Origin: Octopus vulgaris
Lineage: Eukaryota
NCBI GenBank assembly: GCA_951406725.2
Contig: OX597830.1
Span: 25,420,001 to 25,484,000 of the forward strand
Reading direction: 5' to 3'
Length of the DNA stretch: 64,000 nucleotides
Below the pieces are notes generated by a model. It was not told the DNA's origin. It did not search any database and saw only the letters and a program-made list of their open reading frames with translations. Each line of letters opens with the position of its first letter. Position 1 is the first letter of the stretch. This document shows positions 55,415 to 64,000 of the stretch, in pieces. The position numbers were made by a program, and so were the translations under genes.

Positions 55415-55733
55415 TAAACAGCGCATGACTTTGCAGGTGGGGCCCAGTTAGAATTTTCTTCAGGTCGAGTAGCCCATCCTGCTCAAAAGGTCCCTGAATA
55501 AGGATGTTTAAGGATGATGAACGAAACACCCATGTTTCCAAAAGTGAATTATCCAAACCCCAAAGAATTCCTTTCAACACATAGCTATGATGCCTCCTCA
55601 CTACTTCTACTCGAGATCAGAGATGTATATATCCTCAGCCACTAAGGAACATGCTCAACTGGTTAAGGTCAAACAACTGACAAGCAAATCTGTGGTATTG
55701 AGCAGAATATTTGCTGTAGCCCATATTTTATAC

Positions 55734-55735
<2 letters not shown>
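55415..55735 (-). mobile_element. Partial family D copy
   Basis: Matches 12115-12440. Confidence 0.8.
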
Positions 55736-55794
<59 letters not shown>

Positions 55795-56190
55795 TGATGA
55801 AAAGTCTTAGCTTATTTTATTGGGTATGATGGAAAGTGTCAACTGTCCACAGCCAGCAGACTAAATTCGCTTCAAGAACCCTGCAAATTATTCTTGCAGT
55901 CCCAAGGAATGCTGATTTTTGTAGGTGTTCTACCTTCACACTAGCACAAACCATGTTGGTAGCTGAGTGCTGATTCTTCCAAGTGCACCAATTACTGTTG
56001 ATATCGCGTTTACTCTCTTCATTCAACACAACCTTCGTATTTCCCACTTCAAATCGCCCAAGTTATTTATTTTTTCTTCTTCTTTCACATCCATTCTGTT
56101 GTCTGTTGCAAGCATTATAAGTCTAGGGCTCTGTTCTAAGGGTGACTTCCTCTCTTATTACCACATGTTCAAGAGGCTCTGGAAAGGTTC
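55795..56190 (-). pseudogene. 3' end of R4/Dong-like element (restriction-like endonuclease C-terminus) with (AAT)n tail
   Basis: Minus frames: DNRMDVKEEEKINNLGDLKWEIRRL*...VIGALG and EHLQKSAFLGTARIICRVLE; followed by (AAT)n 55735-55793. Confidence 0.8.
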
Positions 56191-56202
56191 CTGTGCGTTG
56201 CC

Positions 56203-56288
<86 letters not shown>

Positions 56289-56550
56289 GTCTGCCTATTT
56301 ATCTATCTAAAACAGCCAAAACTGCTTATGACCTTTGTAGGTTCACCTTCCAGGCTGGTGAGACTGATGCGGTTGAAGTTCAGTCTGAACATATGAAGCT
56401 CAATGTCCGCAACAGAAAAGTAAATGAGGAGGGAATAGTACACCAAATGCTTGCAACCGATTGAAGTGCGACTGAAAATACGCCAGCACTAAATGGTTAG
56501 ATTTAACCAGACACATATAGCCATATACAAGTTACTATTATATATATATA

Positions 56551-57056
56551 CTAGCAGTATCGCCCGGCGTTGCTCGGGTTTGTAAGGGAAATAACTATAT
56601 AAGCATTTTTAGAGAGTTACTTCCCTTATAAATTCGGGCTTTCTTAGCCATTTTTGTTTTGGTGTCTTCAAGCCATGAAGTCGTTGTTCTAAAAGAACGC
56701 TGGTCTCCTTGACAACGCATTACGACGTTGATTTCTTTACACTCCCTTCCCCACAGCTTCACGAGGGAGGGAAGGGGGAGAAGCAAACAGGTGCAGCTGT
56801 GAGCGTGGACGCCAACTCCGCCGCCATCGACACACGATGCATTTTATGCATTAAAATGGAATAAAAAATGATGCTAAATTATTTTTAAAATCGTAGACTC
56901 ATCGTTGACGCGCGCTAATAGTCAGACGGGCTCGATATGAATCACGACTATAAGATACCCGAATTTGGTTAAACTGCACCGCAAAATGTGGGAGGAGTTA
57001 GGAATCTAAATCGAAGGGGACAGACACTCACACAACTAGAGTTTTATATATATAGA
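56551..57056 (-). mobile_element. Non-autonomous Helitron
   Basis: Minus: A|TCTATATATATAAAAC...CCCGAGCAACGCCGGG hairpin...CTAG|T; inserted between A and T, no TSD. Confidence 0.85.
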
Positions 57057-57072
57057 TATATATATATAATGA

Positions 57073-57670
57073 AGGCGGCGAGCTGGCAGAATCGTTAGCA
57101 CGTCGGGCGAAATGCTTAGCGGTATTTCGTCTGCCGTTACGTTCTGAGTTCATATTCCGCCGAGGTCGACTTTGCCTTTCATCCTTTCGGGATCGATAAA
57201 TTAAGTACCAGTTGCATATTGGGATCGATCTAATCGACTGAACCCCCCACCCAATTTCAGGCCTTGTGCCTAGAGTAGAATAGAATCGTTAGCACGCCTG
57301 GCGAAATGCTTAGCGGTATTTCGTCTGCCGTTGCGTTCTGAGTACATATTCCACCGAGGTCGACTTTGCTTTTCATCCTTTCGGGATCGATAAATTAAGT
57401 ACCAGTTACGCACTGTGGTCGATGTAATCGACTTAATCCGTTTTTCTGTCCTTGTTTGTCCTCTCTGTGTTTAGCCCTTTGTGGGTAGTAAAGAAATAGG
57501 TATTTCATCTGTTTTGCGTTCTGAGTTCAAATTCCGCCGTGATCGACATTGCCTTTCATCATTTCGGTGGAAGGGTGGGAGGTTGATAAATTAAGTATCA
57601 GTTACGCACTGGGGTCGATGTAACCGACTTAATCCATTCCCTAAAATTTGAGGTCTTGTGCTTCCAGTAT
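57073..57670 (+). mobile_element. Three head-to-tail SINE family A copies
   Basis: Full copy followed by two 5'-truncated copies. Confidence 0.92.
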
Positions 57671-58004
57671 AATGGATTATGATATATCTAATGTAAAGCA
57701 AAAAAAAAACAAAAAAAAACAGAAGCCAAAGAATCTGATGGTGGTCCGTAATCGGCAAAAGTTACAAGTTTGTAGACAAAAAATGGAGTTTAGTGAATTA
57801 GCGTACGTTTTGGTTTATAGTAATCAGTAAATGAGTTTGGTACCGAGCGAAGCAGTACAATAGAGAGAGGGAGAGAGAGAAAGAGATACTTATTTCTTTA
57901 TCTCTCTGGTTGTCTATCTTTCTGTTTTCCTTTTTGCGTGTGTATGAGTGTGAATGTGTGTCTGTTTATCAATCTATCTGTCTGTTTGTCTCTCTTTCAG
58001 TCTG

Positions 58005-58079
<75 letters not shown>

Positions 58080-58084
58080 GTCTG

Positions 58085-58147
<63 letters not shown>

Positions 58148-58295
58148 GTCTGTCTGTCTGTCTGTCTGTCTGGCAGTCTGGCAGTCTGTCTGTTTATCTA
58201 TCTGTCTGTCTGTCTGTCTATTTACCTTTCTACTTATGTATCTATCTTTCTGACTCTACATGTTGTTTGTCAGCGCGCGCCCGCGTGTATGTATG

Positions 58296-58378
<83 letters not shown>

Positions 58379-58660
58379 TTGAGTAATTTACTGATGTACG
58401 TCTGTCAAAAATGTATACGCTACCGATAAAACCGGAAAAAGAGTTCATTCAAATAAAAATGCCTGAAGTTATTTATTCCGCCCTGTTGTGCAAACACTTC
58501 CTTGTCAACCTAGTCATCAGACATACTGTGGACTCGGAACTGGCGCATTGGAAACTTGTAACCAATTGTAATATTGCTCTCAAAATGCATGTTGTTCAAA
58601 AAGTATACATGCACACACACACACACACACACACGTACAACAAACATATATATCTGGCCA

Positions 58661-58711
<51 letters not shown>

Positions 58712-58737
58712 ATCAGTCTACATATATACATAGGTAG

Positions 58738-59645
58738 ATGTTGGAAGCGGCAGAAACACCAACACGAATTACGGCCGCAGCACCAACGCCAGCATTGCAG
58801 CCGCAGATGACTGCTACGCCAACAGCAGGGGAACTACCGATCCCACGCCCAGAAACAACAACATCGACGGCAGCTTCAGCGGTATCACCGGCAACAGTAG
58901 CAGCAACACCAACACTGCGGCCGGAACCGGACCCACGCCCAGAAATAACAGCAGCTCCAACAACAACAGCAGCAACAACATCAGTAACATCAGATACGGA
59001 GCCAACGGAAGAAACACTAGAGGCGATGACAACCAATACTCAAGTTCGGAGATACATCAATTCGACCGAAACTGCCTTTAAGCGACGCTTGTACAACCAT
59101 AAACCATCGTTTAGAATTCTGGGAAGGCTTTCCGTCATGTCCCTGAGCAGCCACGTTTGGCGCCTTAAGGATGAAGGAACTCCATACGCAATTAAATGGA
59201 GGCTCCTAGAACAACCGGGGTGCTATATAAACGGGAGCAGGTGATGCAAGCTTTGCATAACAGTAGGCAAGGATCCTAAAAGATTCGCTTGAGCTAGGGA
59301 CTATTTTGAAATTCAGAATGAGATCTACAGCCCCTGACCGCATTTTAAACGCTAGAGCCATATAAAATATTTGCAAACTGGAACCAATCTAAGGAGAGGA
59401 TTCTCCGTTCGATGATTATAGCCGTAAAAATTGGCTGACCGGAACCACTCTAAGGTGATAACCCATACCACCTAAAACTCAGACAATATATTTTTTGTTT
59501 ATAAAAACTGACAGTAACATTTTTCTATCTCTAGTTTGAAAACAGGTTATATGTCCGCGGCCATTGGAGTCTGACGAGCCATCCATAAGGCTAAGCTCTT
59601 TATGGATGTGAAACCATTGGTTACTCTATGACAACATATAATTAA
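58738..59645 (+). mobile_element. Penelope/Poseidon-type PLE 3' fragment: decayed GIY-YIG half plus tail
   Basis: RRYINSTETAFKRRLYNHKPSF...LSSHVWRLKD...IKWRLL...YINGSR*CKLC is typical of Penelope-type endonuclease C-halves. Confidence 0.85.
59565..59629 (+). ncRNA. Type I hammerhead ribozyme in PLE tail
   Basis: TGGAGT CTGACGA GC CATCCATAAGG...CTTTATGGATG T GAA ACC ATT GGT T ACTCTA; all core nucleotides present. Confidence 0.85.
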
Positions 59646-59685
59646 CTTCACACACACACACATATGTATATATATATATATATAG

Positions 59686-60603
59686 GTGAGAAAGTTGGTG
59701 TGTGAAAGCACGTGGTTGAATATATAGAAAATAGTAAAAAGTGAAAAAACTACAGAAGGCTTGTTTTAAAAGGTTAAAAACAATATATTTGAGTCATTAT
59801 GTCAGAAGAATGTTATAAATTTTTTTCATACAGTGACATAGTTTTTGAAGAAATTACCGGTTTCGTGTTTAACTTTTCAAATTGTTATGATTTCGTTCGT
59901 TAAGAAGTGTAAAGGAGAGTTCCAGGTAAGGGGAGGTAATAAGTGATTTCTTCCGGTGTAAGGGAGATAATCGCTTAATATTTCTTGCCTTTTTTTAATT
60001 GGGTGAGTTTCTCTGTATAAGAATGTTAGAGTGGTTAAGTTTGGGCTTATATTTTTCAATGAAGAATATTTCCTTGTTTAGTCTAATTTGTGTTGGTGTT
60101 CCAATAGCACATTGATAAAATGGAAAGATTAAAAATTGTGGTAGTAGTTGCTTTGCGCATTTCTCAATATGCTCACTAAAGGGTATCATTCTGTATTCTG
60201 GGAATGCAATCTGTTGTCGATGCAGTGTGCATCTACGTCTGAGTGATAGTCCCGTGGACCCCACGTATTTTTGGTGGCAGCCCGAGCATCTTATGACATA
60301 AATTATGTTTTCAGAAGCACAAGTAAAATTAGATTTGATCTTGAATTTTTGTCCCTCTTTGAAGAGGAATTCTGATCCTTCTAGAAGGTTTGGGCATGTT
60401 GCACAGTTTGGTCTACCACATTTTTTTAACTTTTGCATCCGTAATTTCAGAAAGTAATTTTGCCTTTGTGTGAATCTTTTTAAGTGATTTAGGTTGTTTG
60501 TAGCTTTTAATGATTTTATGTATGTTTAGAATTTCCTTTAATTTGGGGTCCTTATGAAGTATTGGTAAATTCTGGGTGATGATGGTGAAGGCTTCTTTGT
60601 TTC
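59686..60603 (-). mobile_element. Neptune-type PLE 3' fragment: linker, Cys-rich motif, GIY-YIG endonuclease, 3' tail
   Basis: ORF 59995-60438: CGRPNCATC...TCASENIIYVIRCSGCHQKYVGSTG...R...H; upstream frame LHKDPKLKEIL...SYKQPKSLKK joined across a frameshift at the T-run near 60421; tail ends at (TA)n; degenerate HHR (TTGAAAA...GAAACCGGTA) at ~59853-59884. Confidence 0.9.
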
Positions 60604-61676
60604 TGGCGGTGCTCCAGCATGGTCGCAGTCAAATGACTGAAACAAATAAGAGAGAGAGTAAAAGAGAGTAACCTCAGATTAATATATCTATATCGGAAAA
60701 ATTTATGAGACAATCAGATCAGTTAACAATTTAAATTGCTGAGAATTTCTTCAGAGTCAACAGCGATAAAAGCAGAAGCGGGGCGATCATTCTCATCAAT
60801 GGTGTCACCGCCGCAACGACGTCGGCAACGATAACAACAACAACAACGGCGATGACACCGATAATAACGACGGCAATGATGACAATGACGACGATGGCGA
60901 CGTCGACAACGATAAAAAAGTCAACGAAGATGACGACGATGATGATGATAACGACAATGACGATGATAATGACGATGGCGATGTGGACAACGACGACGAT
61001 AACGCCGATGACGACGACGATGATGATGACAACGACGTCGAGAACGACATCGACGATGATGATGACGGCGATGACAACGAACACCACCACCACCACGACA
61101 CCACCACGACCACCACCACGACCACCACCACGACCACGACCACCACCACCGCCGCCATCTATCGTCGTTGCCACCACCGCTATCTCCACCGTAAACAATG
61201 AGGGACTGTCTATGGGGTCGCTTGATCTAGAATTTATAGGCATACACTTTTCGATTGCATCCCTACTTCCTTGAACTAAAACGACACTTTAAATTCTTCT
61301 AAACAGGTGGGATGGCCAAGGCCGTCACGTATTTGATTGTATATCTGCTCATTCTGGATAGGCCTGGGGCCAAATACAACCATCAATACCAACATTATGA
61401 ACACCACTGCCTACACCGGCACCAGCAGCACCAGCATTACGCATACAACCAGCACCAAAACCACCAGCGCCAGCTTCACCATCATCATCAGAACAACCGC
61501 CAACCATGTACTCTAACACTACCACCGCCACCACCATCCACCACCACCACCGCGCCGCCGCCGCCGGATGTCGTCGTTGTTGTTGTTGCCGCTTTCTGTG
61601 CCTGCTACTGATGATGATGATAAGGATGATGATGATGTTAACGATGATAATCATCATTATAATGAAGAATTATTAA

Positions 61677-61760
<84 letters not shown>

Positions 61761-61781
61761 TATTATTATTATTATTATTAA

Positions 61782-61863
<82 letters not shown>

Positions 61864-62329
61864 AATAGAAAAAGTAATAACCCAGCATCTCTATGTTTTT
61901 GTCTTTGTTATGCGTATGAGTATGTGTGACTGTGTGGCTGTAAGGTATTTTGACCTGTTCGTGTCAGAAAGAATTAGTGTAAGAGAGCAAGATAATCCCC
62001 TTATCACTCGCTCTTAGCTTTGTATTTTACTTAATGAGTTTTGTTGGGTTCGTGTGTTATACTACTCCTTCGATATCTAGTATGGATAGCAGAGTGCATA
62101 GGGTGGTGGAGAACCAGCCGAAAGGACAGTAGTTCATATTATAATCATTGACACCATACGGCTGTATCCATGTCCTGAGCATTGAATTGTCAAACGACTC
62201 AGTCTCCCTAGATGTGAAAAGGTATCTACCACAATTTATGAGAACATTTATGAGATTTCAGTAGAAAATAAGGACCCCCGTCCAAATCTGAAAGACTGCT
62301 GAATACCGTTACGTCAATTTACAAAGCTA

Positions 62330-62920
62330 GGTGTAGTGCTCAATGTTTCGTCACTGCCGAATGGTTCGTCAGTTTACAATGTTGGTCGAGTATTTCATCA
62401 GTGCTGTTTCATCAATGTTGAACATTTCGTTAGTTTATACTAATGAGTGTGTTGTCATACTCCAAAGACGAGTGTTTAGTCAGTGTTAAGTGTTTCCTCA
62501 CTGTTGAGTACCTCTTCAGATTACAACGCTGTTTCGTCCCTACTATATAGTTCGTCAGTGCTGCATAGTTCGTCAGTGCTGCGTAGTTCATCAACACTGA
62601 ATGTTTCTTCGGTGTGGAGTCTTTTGTCAGTGCTAAATATTTCGACAGTACGGGGTGCTTCATTAATACTGAGTGTTTCGTCATCACTAAGTGTTTCGTC
62701 ACTTTAGAGTGCTGAGTATTTTGTCAGTTTATTGTGTTGAGTCTATCCCCAGCTTAGAGTGCCTAATGTTTCGTCATTAATGAGTGCTTCATCAGATAAG
62801 AGCACTGAGTGCTTTGTCAGTGGGCAGTATTTCGTCAGTGCGTGCTGAGTGTTTTGTTATTGCTGAAAGTGTCGCCTATGCTAAGTTCTCTACAGATACT
62901 GAGTATTTCCTTAGTTTGCA
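62330..62920. repeat. Degenerate ~18-bp minisatellite
   Basis: Recurrent gtttcgtcagtgctgagt variants. Confidence 0.8.
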
Positions 62921-63367
62921 GGGCCGTGTGCGTTTTTAAAACTTAATATTCTGAGGTTACCTCAATTAACGGTGCTGAGTTAATCTCTACATCCGTAGAT
63001 GTAGTTTGCAGAGAACTGAAGTCTGCTAAGATGGTTGTAGAGAGGTTGTCTTTTATTGCGGTGGGTCTTGGGGCTTATCGTCACACAGCATCCGTACATT
63101 CTTGATAAGATTTAAGCCTGAGTGACGAAAGAGGTAGGCCGGTTCGCTTCTTTAATATATTTTATTGACAAATAACAAACCAACGAGAATGCTTATTAAT
63201 GTGATTGATCATCTTGGTAGAAATAGAGCTGAAATTTCCCTCGGAGGGCACTTTACTGACATAAAAAAGGAGCGAACTATTGGGTTACGCTTGAAAAAAC
63301 CGAAGACCGGATGATAATAACTTGAATGTTTTTGCAGTTCTATATTTAAGAGATGAGGAATTCTGTG

Positions 63368-63658
63368 CATTATTTACGGATATTTGTCCTCATCTTGTTT
63401 GTTGTTAACACAACGTTTCGGGCATATGGCGTAGTGGCTGCTAACCCCAAGATTCCGAGTTCGATTCCAAGCAGTGATCTGAACAACAGCAACAACAACA
63501 ACAACAATAATAATAACATCGAAAAAAACCTTAGGAATGAGAACCCAAGTTCGAAATTTCCGCAAGACACCTGAAGAGGGCTGGAAGGTATATCAACCGA
63601 AAGTTGTGTTAACAACAAACAAGATGAGGACAAATATCCGTCGAATGTAAATAATGTA
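63368..63658 (+). mobile_element. Composite element: inverted tail copy + tRNA-type Pol III head + (AAC/AAT)n + minimal hammerhead + PLE-like tail
   Basis: A box tggcgtagtgg (63427-63437), B box gagttcgattcc (63457-63468); ACAC CTGAAGA GGGCTG...CAACC GAAA(C) GT T GTGT (63567-63609); arms 63368-63421 / 63597-63658. Confidence 0.8.
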
Positions 63659-64000
63659 TTGAATGCTTTTGATCATGGATTTACTGGATCAGACAACAAT
63701 AGCGTTAATAACGGGCTATCGCGAAAGTTTCTACATCAAAGTTTTTCAAAGTAGTCCGTATAGACGCCTGTGAGTGACTAAAATTTTGGAGAATATAAGC
63801 CCAGGAGTTCACAGTGGATGTATTGCGTTTATAAACCCTTTTATTACAGTTGAACAAAAATTGCTGGATTATGTATATTAGTTCCCGGTTATTGTACTTT
63901 TAATAGATAGCCTGATTGTGTGTGATGGCCTCTAGAGATGTGTCATTCAGGCACAACCAATTGGAAAAGATACAGATTATTTAAATCAACAATCTTGCTC

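Noticed and set aside
59995-60438. Host GIY-YIG gene or prokaryotic homing endonuclease
   Set aside because: Frameshifted upstream linker, Cys-rich motif and repeated 3' tail identify it as a truncated Penelope-like retroelement.
60731-62017. Long hydrophobic or Thr/Met-rich ORFs
   Set aside because: Degenerate (GAC/GAT/CAC/ATT)n trinucleotide arrays open in several frames on both strands.
63115-63142. Hammerhead-like ctgagtgacgaaagaggta
   Set aside because: No stem II, extra core base and no stem III; likely chance.

Overview
Eukaryotic, very AT-rich, microsatellite-saturated DNA. The repeat repertoire (tRNA-derived SINE families, (TA)n/(CA)n/(ATCT)n/(AAT)n tracts) strongly suggests an octopus genome; this is inferred from recognition, not a database hit. 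There is no intact protein-coding gene, and nearly all listed ORFs are microsatellite translations. The window looks like a long intron or 5' region of a minus-strand gene, with one credible start exon at about 43892-44118. It holds dozens of SINEs, fragments of R4/Dong-like and L1/Tx1-like LINEs, two Penelope-like (PLE) GIY-YIG fragments, a non-autonomous Helitron, several MITEs, two U6 pseudogenes and two minisatellites. The most striking structure is a dense population (about 11) of short fold-back elements, most of them inside or beside (TA)n tracts, several nested. Several carry type I hammerhead ribozyme (HHR) motifs; about 13 intact, variant or degenerate motifs occur across the window. 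One fold-back is made of the same sequence as the 3' tail of the Neptune-type PLE at 59.7-60.6 kb, tying these hairpins to PLE retrotransposition. One element (63368-63658) fuses a tRNA-type Pol III head to an HHR and PLE-like tail, a candidate Penelope-mobilised SINE/retrozyme. Coordinates were read by eye and may be off by a few bases.
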